DNA of 49,778 nucleotides, taken from positions 1 through 49,778 of IMG/VR virus record IMGVR_UViG_3300037478_000342, one strand, 5' to 3'. The stretch comes from a virus. Its lineage: Duplodnaviria; Caudoviricetes. The notes under the pieces are model-generated. The model was not told the DNA's origin and did not search any database. It saw only the letters and a program-made list of their open reading frames with translations. Each line of letters opens with the position of its first letter. Position 1 is the stretch's first letter. Position numbers and translations under genes: made by a program. Shown one piece after another: positions 27,213-36,828 of this stretch.

Positions 27213-27312
27213 CCGCGTCCAACGCCTGGGCTTCACTTCCTCGCCGGCTATCTTCGAGGTTTTGCGGTTTTGACCTGTTGACGGGGTTCGCGCGGCGGCG
27301 TAGGTGTAGGCA

Positions 27313-27786
27313 ATGACGCCAGGCCTCGCCGTCCTCCTCGTCGTGCTGCTGGCCCTTGTGCTCGCGATCTTCGCGCTCCTGTCCGTGCTCGACCAGCGCC
27401 GGGAAGATCGGCGACGCCGGGGCGGCGGCTTCCCGCCGGGGCTCGCGGCGCTGCTGCTGCTCTCGGTCGTGCTGACCGCGTGCGTGGGTGCTGGGTCGGT
27501 CGTGCCGACGCTCGGCGCGATCATCGGGCGCGTGGACGTGCCGCGCCTGCTCGAGTGCGCCTCGCGCTCCGGGATGGACCGGGCCCGTTGCCTCGGCGCC
27601 TCGGTGCTGACCACCGCCCTCGACGTCGCGGTCGACAAGGCCGCGGACCTGGCCGAGCGCGCGAAGGATGCTGCGAACAAAGGCGCGGGCGCCGACGACA
27701 TGACGGACGCGGAGCGCTCCGAGCTCGCGCTCGACCTCGACCAGGCGCTCGACAAGGTCGGGGTCGAGGTCGCGGCCGCGCAGTGA
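27313..27786 (+). CDS. Membrane protein with internal lipobox-like motif
   Basis: N-terminal TM, then LAALLLLSVVLTAC; TTGACG-17-TAGGTG upstream. Confidence 0.6.
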   Translation: MTPGLAVLLVVLLALVLAIFALLSVLDQRREDRRRRGGGFPPGLAALLLLSVVLTACVGAGSVVPTLGAIIGRVDVPRLLECASRSGMDRARCLGASVLTTALDVAVDKAADLAERAKDAANKGAGADDMTDAERSELALDLDQALDKVGVEVAAAQ

Positions 27787-27915
27787 GCTACCCGCCGATC
27801 CGAACGAACAGACGCCCGTCGATGGCAGCGAGCGCCGCCGATCCGGGCAGTGGCCGGCGGCCACCAGGTAGCGGGTTTGACACGCGCCGCCTTCGCGATG
27901 CAGGCTTGACCGCGC

Positions 27916-28311
27916 ATGGCGAACACGCTCACGGCGATCGCGACCTCGGTGCGGAACGCGATCGCCGATGCGGTGGTGGACGCCTACGATGGCGGGACAC
28001 CCGGCGACGCGTCGGGCGACCTGCAGGTGCGCACGTCGGGCGGCACGACGCTGCTCGCCGAGCTGACCATGAGTAATCCCGCGTCGGGCGCCGCGGCCGC
28101 AGGCGTCGCGACTCTCAACGCGATCACCGACGACAGCACCGCCGACAACACCGGCACCGCTGCGGTCGCTCGAGCGCGCGACCGAGCGAACGCCACCGTG
28201 CACGAGGGGACCGTCGGAACCTCCGGCGAGTTCTACAATCTGAACACGCTATCGATCACCGCGGGCGACCGCGTCTCGTGCACCGCCTACACGATCACCG
28301 CGCCGAGCTGA
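27916..28311 (+). CDS. Putative small virion structural protein
   Basis: Thr/Ala/Gly-rich beta-type sequence (RNAIAD…LAELT…TGTA…GTVG). Confidence 0.65.
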   Translation: MANTLTAIATSVRNAIADAVVDAYDGGTPGDASGDLQVRTSGGTTLLAELTMSNPASGAAAAGVATLNAITDDSTADNTGTAAVARARDRANATVHEGTVGTSGEFYNLNTLSITAGDRVSCTAYTITAPS

Positions 28312-28314
28312 CCC

Positions 28315-28614
28315 ATGGCCATCGGAACACCAGCGACCTACCGCGACGCGAAGGGCGTCCGTCACCACGCGATCGTCACCGCCGAGCACCAGGGCGAGAC
28401 CGCGGTCGCGTTCGTGGTGGCCGACAAGGAAGCAGGCTTTCGCGTCGAGCACCGTTCGCGCCTCGTGAAGGGCGAAGGCGGCGACCTCGTCGACCATCCC
28501 GAAAAGCCGGGACCCGGCGCCGACAAGCTCGCGCGCATGGCGGCGCACCAGCGCCAGCGCGAGCGCGAGCAGGGGCAGGCGGAAGTCCGCGACCGTCGCA
28601 ACCGGGGGGCCTAG
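28315..28614 (+). CDS. Hypothetical protein (99 aa)
   Basis: Tightly packed ORF. Confidence 0.55.
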   Translation: MAIGTPATYRDAKGVRHHAIVTAEHQGETAVAFVVADKEAGFRVEHRSRLVKGEGGDLVDHPEKPGPGADKLARMAAHQRQREREQGQAEVRDRRNRGA

Positions 28615-28616
28615 CA

Positions 28617-29042
28617 GTGGCGGCCTCGGTACTCGACGCTCCGATCGTCCTCGGCGTACCGATCGCGCAGGCGATCGCGTGGGTCGGAACGCACGCGGAC
28701 AACAACCGCAAGCCCGAGGCCGCGGAGCGCTGTCGTCGACTCGCGAACGCGCTCGGCCAGGCCGCCGAGATCGAGATCCGCGTGCCCGCCGTGCACGTGC
28801 TCTGCCAGGCGATCGACTACCTGCGCGGCGACACACGGATCCCCGAGCGACCGTCGAGCACGCTCGAGCTCGAGGCCGCCGCCGAGCTGCAGCGGATCGT
28901 CGACCTGCTCAAGGGCGCGCGCTTCCGCGGCGACGAGCTCGTCGAGGCCGGGGCGCAACGCCTCGTGACCGGCTCGATCCACCTGGTCACCGGGAACCCG
29001 GCACAAGAGATCGAGCGGGTCGCGAAGATCCTCGGGGTGTAG
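28617..29042 (+). CDS. Hypothetical protein (141 aa)
   Basis: GTG 2 nt after the upstream stop; fills the gap. Confidence 0.55.
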   Translation: MAASVLDAPIVLGVPIAQAIAWVGTHADNNRKPEAAERCRRLANALGQAAEIEIRVPAVHVLCQAIDYLRGDTRIPERPSSTLELEAAAELQRIVDLLKGARFRGDELVEAGAQRLVTGSIHLVTGNPAQEIERVAKILGV

Positions 29043-29045
29043 GCC

Positions 29046-30854
29046 ATGCCGTTCGCGGCCGTCGCGTCGAGCAACACGACGGCCGACACGTCGAGCGGGT
29101 CCGTCACCGTCGCGATGCCCAGCGGCATCGTGGCCGGCGACCTGCTCATGGTGTTTTGGGCGCAGGACGCCGCGGGCACCGTGTCGCAGTCGGGAGGTTC
29201 GGACTGGTCGAACCTCGGCAGCTACGCGAACGGGACCAACTGCAGCGGCGGATGCTTCGCGAAGATCGCGGCGGGCGGCGACTCGCTCACGTTGGCGAGC
29301 ACGAACAGTCAGGATTTCTCCTGCGTCGCGGTGAGGATCACCGGGCACGGCGTCTCGAACGTCGCGACGGACATCACGAATGGCACGGCCGCGACAGGGG
29401 CGGACGCCTCGCCCAACCCTCCCGACTGCAATCCGGGCACCGCGAAGGACTACCTTTGGGTCGAGCACTTCGCGGCCGACGACGACGACGACACCGCGAC
29501 GTATTGGAGCACGAACTACACCGGCGTCGCGCAGATCCAGAGCGCGAACAGCGCCAGCTCGTGCCTGTGCGCCGTCGCCTCGCGCCAGCTGAACGCGAGC
29601 GCGGAGAACCCCGGCGCGATGGCGCTGGCCGCGACCGAGGAATGGTGCGCGCAGACGTTCGCGATTCCACCTGGCCCTGTGACCGGCACTGCCGCTGGCG
29701 CGATCGGGTCGCCGACGGGTTCGGCGAGTGGCGAGGCCGAGCACCATGGCGCCGTCGCTGGCGCAGTTTCTTCGCCCACCGGCTCGGCCTCGGGCGTCGT
29801 GAACACGACGCACACCGGAACGGTAGCCGGCGCAGTCGCGGCCCCGACCGGGGACGCATCGGGCCTTGCGGCTCACGCGGGCACGGTCGCAGGTGCGATC
29901 GCATCGCCAACCGGCGACGCGAGCGGCATCGCGAAGCACGAGGGGACGGTCGCTGGTGCGGTCGCGTCCCCGACCGGCGACGCCTCGGGGCTCGCGGCTC
30001 ACGTCGGCGCCGTGGGCGGGGCGATCCCATCTCCGACCGGAGATGCGGCAGGAGAGGTCACGACCGAGGCGGGGGAGACGGGCACGGTGGACGGCGCGAT
30101 CGCTGCGCCCACCGGCTCGGCGAGCGGCCTCGTCTCGCACACGGGCACCGTCGCAGGCGCGATCGCATCGCCCACCGGAGACGCCGCGGGGCTCGTGGCG
30201 CACCACGGGACCGTCGGCGGTGTGGTGCCCTCGCCGACCGGCGACGCCTCGGGCCTCGCGTCGCACGTGGGCACGGTCGCCGGCCTCGTGCCGAGTGTGC
30301 AGGGCGCGGCCTCGGGCAGCTCGACGCACCAGGGCAGCGTGGCCGGGGCGATCCCCTCGCCCACCGGCTCGGCGGTCGGCATGTCGATCACCGAGCTCAC
30401 CGGCGAGATCGCAGGGCTGATCGGCGCGGTGCGGGGCACGGCGCAGGGGTTCGTCGGCGACCCGCCCGAGACGGTTGCCGGGATCGCTGCAATCGTGGAG
30501 GCTGTGCGCATGTCGATCGAGACGATCATCGCGCTACTCAAGCCCGCAGGGCACATCCCGGACCTGATCCGCTCGAATGTCGACATCGCCGCGACGGGCC
30601 AGGTGCTCGCCGCTGCGGACGCGGCCAAGCCGATCGTGCTGATCGGTGGGTCGATCACCGCGGCGGCCGACACGACGGTCGAGATCCGCGAGGACGACGC
30701 AGCAGGGGTGGTACTCGCGACGCAGTTCCTCGCAGCCGGGATCCCGTTCCCGCTCGCCCTGCTGGCGATCGACGTCGCGATCGGGGTGGGCCTGTGGCTC
30801 GAGCCGACCGGAGCAGTCGCGGTAACGGGCCGCGCAGTCTCGCTCGCGCTGTAG
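29046..30854 (+). CDS. Putative virion fibre/appendage protein with 21-aa repeats
   Basis: About 11 HxGTVAGAIASPTGDASG-type repeats after an N-terminal beta domain. Confidence 0.7.
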   Translation: MPFAAVASSNTTADTSSGSVTVAMPSGIVAGDLLMVFWAQDAAGTVSQSGGSDWSNLGSYANGTNCSGGCFAKIAAGGDSLTLASTNSQDFSCVAVRITGHGVSNVATDITNGTAATGADASPNPPDCNPGTAKDYLWVEHFAADDDDDTATYWSTNYTGVAQIQSANSASSCLCAVASRQLNASAENPGAMALAATEEWCAQTFAIPPGPVTGTAAGAIGSPTGSASGEAEHHGAVAGAVSSPTGSASGVVNTTHTGTVAGAVAAPTGDASGLAAHAGTVAGAIASPTGDASGIAKHEGTVAGAVASPTGDASGLAAHVGAVGGAIPSPTGDAAGEVTTEAGETGTVDGAIAAPTGSASGLVSHTGTVAGAIASPTGDAAGLVAHHGTVGGVVPSPTGDASGLASHVGTVAGLVPSVQGAASGSSTHQGSVAGAIPSPTGSAVGMSITELTGEIAGLIGAVRGTAQGFVGDPPETVAGIAAIVEAVRMSIETIIALLKPAGHIPDLIRSNVDIAATGQVLAAADAAKPIVLIGGSITAAADTTVEIREDDAAGVVLATQFLAAGIPFPLALLAIDVAIGVGLWLEPTGAVAVTGRAVSLAL

Positions 30855-30866
30855 TACCGTTGCGGC

Positions 30867-31076
30867 ATGGCACGAGCAGCCGCCCGACCCGCGTATCCGA
30901 ACCTCACCGATCAGGACAAGGTCGCGCGCACCGAGTCGCAGGCCCGAGCTCGGAGCCGCGAACGGCAAGCCCAGGTCTTCGCCGCCGAGCTTGTCGAGGA
31001 GCTGCGCAAGCACTGCCACGTCAAGCTGGGGGCCAAGGGCACCGCGCTCGTGGCCCGCTTCCTCCTCGCGCACTGA
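30867..31076 (+). CDS. Hypothetical protein (69 aa)
   Basis: TACCGT-6-ATG start; fills the gap. Confidence 0.55.
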   Translation: MARAAARPAYPNLTDQDKVARTESQARARSRERQAQVFAAELVEELRKHCHVKLGAKGTALVARFLLAH

Positions 31077-31093
31077 CCCGCTACGCTCGGGGC

Positions 31094-32485
31094 GTGAGTC
31101 TCCAAGCCCTTGCCGTCGAGATCCCGCCCGACGCGCTGCAGCGGTTCCTCGAGCACGTGCGCGCGGACCGATCCGCGAACGGCGAGATCTACCGCCGCGA
31201 CCGCGTGGTGCTCGACGCGGGCTCGATCGTCCGCCACCCGAACGGGATGGTCGACGCGTGGGGCGTCGCGACTCGCGTGGGCGTGCTCGACTACCCCGAG
31301 TTCGGGACGCGCGAGCTCCGTCCTCACGAGGAGGTCATGCGGCCCGGCTCGCTCGCGACGCTCCGCGGCGTCCCGCTCACGATCGACCACCCGACCGATG
31401 ATCTTGTCACGGCGGACAACGTGCGCGAGCTCGTGCACGGGTGGGTGCTCGACGTGAAGCCCGACGGCGACCTGGTGCGGGTGCATGTCCGCCTCGCCTC
31501 GGCCGACGTCCTCGCGCGGATCCAGGGCGGCACCGTCGAGCTCTCGTGTGGCTACGTCGCCCGATTCCGGGCAGAAAAGGGCGTGACGGCCGACGGCGAG
31601 GCTTACGACGGGGTGCAGGAATCCATCGTGTACAACCACCTGGCGCTGGTCGACTTGGCACGCGCCGGGCATGTCGCTAGGCTGACCCTCGACTCAGGAG
31701 CACGCGCCGTGAAGCTCAAGATCGGAACCCGCACCCTCGACGTCCCCGCTTTCGTCGCCGACTCGATCAAGCTCGAGGCGAAGAAGCTCACCGACGCGAA
31801 GGCGTCCGCCGAGGAGTCGGTGAAAAAGCGCGCCGATGCGCTCGAGGTCGGGGCGCTCTCGATCGACGGGACCGAGCTGATCCTCCCGAAGGGGATGATC
31901 GACTCGATCCTCGCGATGCTCGGCGGCGGTGGTGGCGCGGCTCCGGCTCCGCCGGCCGACGCGGTGCCGACCGAGGAGGATCCGAACGCGGCCCCGCCGA
32001 TGGACGGACGCATGGACGCGAAGGCGGTCCGCGAGCTCGTCGACCGCCAGGTGGGCGAGCGACTCGCGCGCGCCGACGCGGCCGCTCGCCAGCGCGGGCA
32101 GGTCGAGCGCGTGGCCGCCGAGATCCTGGGGTCGGAGTACGCGTACGGCGACGCGACCCCGTGGAAGATCGCGGCCGACGCGATCGCGAAGGTCGACGAG
32201 GGGGCGAAGGCGCGGGTCGACGCGCTCGCCGAGCTCGCGGCGGGCGAGAAGCCCGAGGCGATGGTGGCTCGCGGGCAGCTGCTCGCGAAGCTCGACGCGG
32301 CGGCGCAGACGTTCCGCGACGCGATCGCGACCGGCGGGGCCCTCGGGCTCGCGATCGACACCGCCCGGCGCGACGCGAACGGGAAGCCGGAGAAGCGCAC
32401 CGACGCCGTCGAGGAGGCGCGTCGGCGCATGCACGACCGGCTCACCGGGAAGAAGCCCGCGGACGACAAGGGCAAGGCCGCCTGA
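31094..32485 (+). CDS. Prohead protease/scaffold (DUF2213-like)
   Basis: TRVGVLDY, PLTIDHP, ELSCGY, YNHLALVDLARAG; TACGCT-6-GTG start. Confidence 0.85.
   Translation: MSLQALAVEIPPDALQRFLEHVRADRSANGEIYRRDRVVLDAGSIVRHPNGMVDAWGVATRVGVLDYPEFGTRELRPHEEVMRPGSLATLRGVPLTIDHPTDDLVTADNVRELVHGWVLDVKPDGDLVRVHVRLASADVLARIQGGTVELSCGYVARFRAEKGVTADGEAYDGVQESIVYNHLALVDLARAGHVARLTLDSGARAVKLKIGTRTLDVPAFVADSIKLEAKKLTDAKASAEESVKKRADALEVGALSIDGTELILPKGMIDSILAMLGGGGGAAPAPPADAVPTEEDPNAAPPMDGRMDAKAVRELVDRQVGERLARADAAARQRGQVERVAAEILGSEYAYGDATPWKIAADAIAKVDEGAKARVDALAELAAGEKPEAMVARGQLLAKLDAAAQTFRDAIATGGALGLAIDTARRDANGKPEKRTDAVEEARRRMHDRLTGKKPADDKGKAA
31709..32485 (+). CDS. Nested in-frame scaffold protein (internal start)
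   Basis: TTGGCA-17-TAGGCT (31655-31683), AGGAG at 31696-31700, in-frame GTG at 31709. Confidence 0.6.
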   Translation: MKLKIGTRTLDVPAFVADSIKLEAKKLTDAKASAEESVKKRADALEVGALSIDGTELILPKGMIDSILAMLGGGGGAAPAPPADAVPTEEDPNAAPPMDGRMDAKAVRELVDRQVGERLARADAAARQRGQVERVAAEILGSEYAYGDATPWKIAADAIAKVDEGAKARVDALAELAAGEKPEAMVARGQLLAKLDAAAQTFRDAIATGGALGLAIDTARRDANGKPEKRTDAVEEARRRMHDRLTGKKPADDKGKAA

Positions 32486-32535
32486 TCGCGGCGAACGATT
32501 CCACGCACGCACACCACGACTGAGGAGACGACACC

Positions 32536-33693
32536 ATGTGCCCGATCGCGAACAACCTGGGGATCTCCGGCTACAGCCGTCGCATGGCGCGCGCGCTCGA
32601 GGGCGCTCCTGCGTCCGCCGAGCCGATGCTGTCGCGCCCGATGATCAACGCCCTCATCGGGCAGATCACCACGATCACGATCGCGGGCTTCGGTGCCGAC
32701 ACCGACAGCGTGGCGATTACGATCGAGCTGCCCGACGGCACCGACGTAACGAGCACCGTGACTCGCGCTGCGGGCGTGCCGGTCGACGACGCGGCGGCCG
32801 CGACCGCCCTCGCCCTCGCGATCAACGCCGACCAGGAGCTGAACGGGCACGTCGAGGCGTCGACGAACGCCGCTGACCTGATCCTCACGTTCGAGCACGA
32901 GAATCAGGCATACGAGGTCACGCGCGTCGTGGTCGGGTGCACCGCGACGATCGTCGAGACGCAGGCCGCCGGTGGCGACCCGATCCCGTTCGGCCGTTTC
33001 GTCGTGGCCGGTGCCGCGACTGTCGACGGGAACAGCGCGATGGCCGAGGTCGATGCGACCACGACCGAGTGGGACATCGTGGGCGTCACGATGCGCCCGA
33101 TCGGGCAGTTCGCGAATCAGGGCAGCGCCGACCCCGATGCGTCCGACGGCATCGCGGCGGGCAAGATGGGCGACGCGGGGCGCGACGGCGCGGTCTACAT
33201 GCGCAACAACGGGAGCGTGGCCAGCACCGTGAACGGTGAGGTCTGGTGCGTGGTCTCGACCGCGGGCGGCGACGAGCTCGGCGAGGCCAGGGCCGACGAC
33301 GCGGACGGCACGGCGCAGGTCGCGACCGGCACCCCGACCGCGGCGAACGATACGCAATACGCCTTCGAGATCGTGTTTCGCGGTGCGACGCACGTGATCT
33401 CGTTCCTCTCGGATGCGAGCGGTACCGCGACCGAGATCGCCGACGGCCTGCGCGCCGACCTGCTCACGCACGACGAGCTCGACGGGCTGATCGTGGGCAC
33501 CGGCACTGCGACGCTGATCCTCACCGGACCCGAGGACGAGGCGTTCGCGGTGAATGACATCGGGCCGGGCGTGATCGCGTTTGCGGCCACCACGGCACCG
33601 ACCGGACGGGCGATCCTGCTCTCGCGCCAGCGCGCGCGGTGGGACGAGGTCGTGGAGCCCGGCGCGATCGGGCCCGTGCTCGTGAACCTGTGA
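32536..33693 (+). CDS. Capsid decoration/cement-like protein with two inserted domains
   Basis: Between scaffold and MCP; IPFGRFVV…IVGVT…G.VY core. Confidence 0.7.
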   Translation: MCPIANNLGISGYSRRMARALEGAPASAEPMLSRPMINALIGQITTITIAGFGADTDSVAITIELPDGTDVTSTVTRAAGVPVDDAAAATALALAINADQELNGHVEASTNAADLILTFEHENQAYEVTRVVVGCTATIVETQAAGGDPIPFGRFVVAGAATVDGNSAMAEVDATTTEWDIVGVTMRPIGQFANQGSADPDASDGIAAGKMGDAGRDGAVYMRNNGSVASTVNGEVWCVVSTAGGDELGEARADDADGTAQVATGTPTAANDTQYAFEIVFRGATHVISFLSDASGTATEIADGLRADLLTHDELDGLIVGTGTATLILTGPEDEAFAVNDIGPGVIAFAATTAPTGRAILLSRQRARWDEVVEPGAIGPVLVNL

Positions 33694-33734
33694 GCCTTCG
33701 ACTCTGACCACACACGACGACGAGGACGACTCCA

Positions 33735-34844
33735 ATGCTTCACCCCGCGATCGCAAACCTCCGCAGCCGTGCCTACTCGGACGCGCTCGCCAAGCTCGAG
33801 ACCGACTCGCAGCGCGAGATCTTCGCGCGCCTCGTCCACTACGACGCGGCCACGATGCTGCGCACCGAGGCGAGCGAGCAGTATCGAGACCTCGACGAGC
33901 AGGCGGCGAGCCGCAAGGACTCGCAGTCCCTCGCGCTCGTGGCTCGACAGCTCGAGCACGTGATGACCGAGGTCTACGAGGAGGAGTTCCCGGAGCTCCT
34001 CGCGGCCGAGGGCAAGGTCGTGGACATCGACTCGAGCGTGCCCGAGGGCGCCGAGACGTTCACGTACTACGTGTACAGCGCGGTCGGGATGGCCCGGTTC
34101 TCCTCGGCCTACTCGAGCCGCACGAGCCCGCGCGCCACGATCCAAGGCGCGAAGGTCTCGGGCAACGTCGAGAACATGGAAGGTTCGTACGGCTACACCG
34201 CTCGCGACCTTCGCTCGGCCGCGTTCGCCGGCCTCCCGCTCGAGAGCATGCTGGCCGTCGCGGAGCGCCGCGCCCACGCGGAGCTGCTCAACAAGACCGC
34301 CCTGTGGGGTCGCGAGGATCTCGGCCTGCCCGGGGTGCTCAATCACCCGAACATGACCATCACGGACGCGCCCGACGGCGCTGGTGCGTCGCCCTTGTGG
34401 GCCGACAAAACCGTCGACGAGATCCTGCTCGACATCGCGACGATCGTGAACACGCCGCGCCTGATCTCGTTCGGGATGCGGCAGACGACCGACGTGTTCC
34501 TGTCCGATGCGGAGTACCTGCGGATCTCGCAGCTCCGGCTCGGCGCAGGCGACGGCGGGATGACCGTCCTCGACTTCGCGAAGAAGGCCCACCCGGGCGT
34601 CACGTTCTCGGTGCTGCGCGAGCTCGCCGCGACCGAGTCGGACGGGAACCTCGACGCCGATGCCGCGTTCGCGCTCGTGAAGGACTCGCGACTCGTGTCT
34701 CTCATCGTGCCGATGCCGTTCCGCCAGCACCCGGTGCAGCAGACCGGGCTCGAGTTCGTGGTCATGTGCGAGAGCTCGACCGGCGGGATCAAGTGCCCCG
34801 AGCCGATGATTCTCCACCGCTTCGACGGCATCGGCGACAGCTGA
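33735..34844 (+). CDS. Major capsid protein (DUF2184-like, HK97 fold)
   Basis: ARQLEHV…VYE, WG…GLPGVLNHPN, WADKTVDEILLDI, PMPF, STGG. Confidence 0.9.
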   Translation: MLHPAIANLRSRAYSDALAKLETDSQREIFARLVHYDAATMLRTEASEQYRDLDEQAASRKDSQSLALVARQLEHVMTEVYEEEFPELLAAEGKVVDIDSSVPEGAETFTYYVYSAVGMARFSSAYSSRTSPRATIQGAKVSGNVENMEGSYGYTARDLRSAAFAGLPLESMLAVAERRAHAELLNKTALWGREDLGLPGVLNHPNMTITDAPDGAGASPLWADKTVDEILLDIATIVNTPRLISFGMRQTTDVFLSDAEYLRISQLRLGAGDGGMTVLDFAKKAHPGVTFSVLRELAATESDGNLDADAAFALVKDSRLVSLIVPMPFRQHPVQQTGLEFVVMCESSTGGIKCPEPMILHRFDGIGDS

Positions 34845-34870
34845 ACGATCTACGCGGCGCCCTGCGCCTT

Positions 34871-34909
34871 GCGCCCGCCCGGCCCTGAGCTCGGCGGGCG
34901 CGTGCTTTT
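34871..34909 (+). terminator. Hairpin/terminator after the MCP gene
   Basis: GCGCCCGCC…GGCGGGCGC stem followed by GTGCTTTT. Confidence 0.5.
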
Positions 34910-34942
34910 GACGGCCCTCGCTTGTCGCGGTAGGGTCGTGGC

Positions 34943-35548
34943 ATGGCACGAGCGAACCGGGCGACCACGAGCGAGGACACCACCGAGGCCGCAGGCGAGA
35001 TCGAGAGCGGCCACGACGCCGACACGATCGACGGCGGGGCACCGTGGGATCCGAGCTCGACCGACGTCGAGGACGTGGGCCGAGGGAAGCTCGACGACGG
35101 CGCGGTGCTGGTGCTGAACCGGCGCAAGGGCAACTATCAGTGCCTGCGCACGGTGCCGGTCGAGCTCAAGGGGCCGAACAACCAGCAGCGCTTCCGCGTG
35201 ACGCGCCTGATCCTCAAGCCCGGCCTGAACCTGGTGCCGACCTCCGACTGGCGGAAGCTCGTGGTCGAGGGCTCGAGCGTGTCGCGTCGCCTCGACGAGG
35301 GACTGCTCGAGGAGATCGGCGGACCCGACGACTTCATGGCGATGCGCTCGCGTCGTGCGGTCGAGCTCGTGAAGGACACCGCGGACGTCGAGGTGCTGCG
35401 CGCGCTCGCGACGTTCGAGAAGCGCCGCGACGTCGTGGAGGAGATCGAGGGGCAGCTCGAGGAGATCACGACCGACCGCGGCACGCGTGCTCGAGCTCGT
35501 GGTCTGCAGGCCGCGCACACGCAGCGGCACGCGCGTCGCCGAGGGTGA
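34943..35548 (+). CDS. Hypothetical head-associated protein (201 aa)
   Basis: TTGACG-17-TAGGGT-6-ATG; LKPGLN motif; position after MCP. Confidence 0.7.
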   Translation: MARANRATTSEDTTEAAGEIESGHDADTIDGGAPWDPSSTDVEDVGRGKLDDGAVLVLNRRKGNYQCLRTVPVELKGPNNQQRFRVTRLILKPGLNLVPTSDWRKLVVEGSSVSRRLDEGLLEEIGGPDDFMAMRSRRAVELVKDTADVEVLRALATFEKRRDVVEEIEGQLEEITTDRGTRARARGLQAAHTQRHARRRG

Positions 35549-35551
35549 TCC

Positions 35552-35935
35552 GTGGCCGCGCGGTACGCCACGCGTGCGGACTTCGACGAGCTCGCGCCCG
35601 ACCTCGCGATGCTCTCGACCGAGCTCGTCGCGGCCTATTTGCTTGTCACGAGGGAGCTGATCGGCTTGTCACGGTGGGGCGAGAGAGCCTCGTTCGGGCA
35701 CGCGTTTTTGACCGCCCACCTGCTCGCCTCGACGGTCGCGGCCGCGGGGGCGGGCGCCGGTGGGCAGCTCACCGCGGAGGCGAACGGGCCCGCGTCCCGA
35801 TCGTTCGCGGTCGCGGAGCCGAGCGACCCCGAGCTCTCCTCCACGGCCTACGGCCGGTCCTACCTGCTGCTGCGCCGGGTGGTGCTCGGGCGGGGCACCG
35901 CGATCGTGGCGAATCGGTGCGTCCCGCAGCGGTAG
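35552..35935 (+). CDS. Head-tail adaptor (DUF4054-like)
   Basis: LTAHLL…STAYGRSYLLL. Confidence 0.75.
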   Translation: MAARYATRADFDELAPDLAMLSTELVAAYLLVTRELIGLSRWGERASFGHAFLTAHLLASTVAAAGAGAGGQLTAEANGPASRSFAVAEPSDPELSSTAYGRSYLLLRRVVLGRGTAIVANRCVPQR

Positions 35936-35944
35936 GCTAGGGGC

Positions 35945-36448
35945 GTGCCGGGGCGCGCGACCATCGTGAGGAAGCGGGAGGGGCGGGCCCTGCTCGAGGC
36001 GAACATGGACACGCTCTCGGGCTCCACGCTCCGGGTGGGGGTCATGGGCGAGGGCGGCGGCCCCGCGCCGAAGTACGAACCCCCACAAGGCCAGACCGGC
36101 CCCGACGTCGACCTCGCGACCCTGCTCGCCTGGCACGAGTTCGGGCTGGTGCCCGGGGTGCCGGCCCGGCCGGTGCTCCGAACCTGGGCGACCGCAGAGC
36201 GCCGCAGGATCACCGAGGCGGTGCAGGCTGTCGCGAAAGCAGCGGCCTCCGGGCGGCGTTTCGACGAGACGGTCCAGCGTGTGGGCGAGAAGCTCGCGGC
36301 CTCCCTGCGGCGTCACCTGCTGCGCGGGGTCGCGCCGCCGCTGGCCCCCTCGACGCTCGAGCGCGTGGCCCCCCGCACCGCCCCGCTCGCCACCGACCAG
36401 ATCCTCCGGGCCATCCGGTGGGCGATCGAGGAGGATCGGGGCACGTGA
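35945..36448 (+). CDS. Neck/tail-completion protein
   Basis: HEFG…VPARPVLR…PLAPST. Confidence 0.75.
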   Translation: MPGRATIVRKREGRALLEANMDTLSGSTLRVGVMGEGGGPAPKYEPPQGQTGPDVDLATLLAWHEFGLVPGVPARPVLRTWATAERRRITEAVQAVAKAAASGRRFDETVQRVGEKLAASLRRHLLRGVAPPLAPSTLERVAPRTAPLATDQILRAIRWAIEEDRGT

Positions 36449-36828
36449 GCATTGGCCCCCCGAACCTGGCGAGCACGGTCGCGCGCTTCGCGTTCCCCGT
36501 GACGCGGATCCGCTACGACGCCGCGGCCGAGGACGACTCGGGCCTGGTCACGCGCGGGGACGGAACCTCGAGCACGATCGAGGCGCACGTGCACGACGCA
36601 CCCGCGAAGGCGATCGAGCGGCTCCCCGAGGGACACTCGAGCGGCCGCGTGGTGCAGGGCTACACGACCGACGACGTGCGCACCGCGGACAGCGACACCG
36701 GCACGCCCGCCGACGACGTGGTGTTCGAGGGCACCACGTTCGAGGTCGCGCTCGTGACCGAGTGGAGCTCGGGCCCCGTGGGGTCCCGCACCTGGCGCGA
36801 GTTCCTCGCGCAAGAGGTCACCCGATGA
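36445..36828 (+). CDS. Head-closure protein
   Basis: GTGA coupling; LPEG…YT…ADDVVFEG..FEV. Confidence 0.7.
   Translation: MSIGPPNLASTVARFAFPVTRIRYDAAAEDDSGLVTRGDGTSSTIEAHVHDAPAKAIERLPEGHSSGRVVQGYTTDDVRTADSDTGTPADDVVFEGTTFEVALVTEWSSGPVGSRTWREFLAQEVTR

Noticed and set aside
28679-31093. 1268-aa ORF as one giant protein
   Set aside because: The N-terminal ~800 aa is Arg-rich off-frame shadow of real genes; the credible start is GTG 31094
31603-35042. Long minus-strand ORFs over the head genes
   Set aside because: Antisense shadows of scaffold, decoration and MCP
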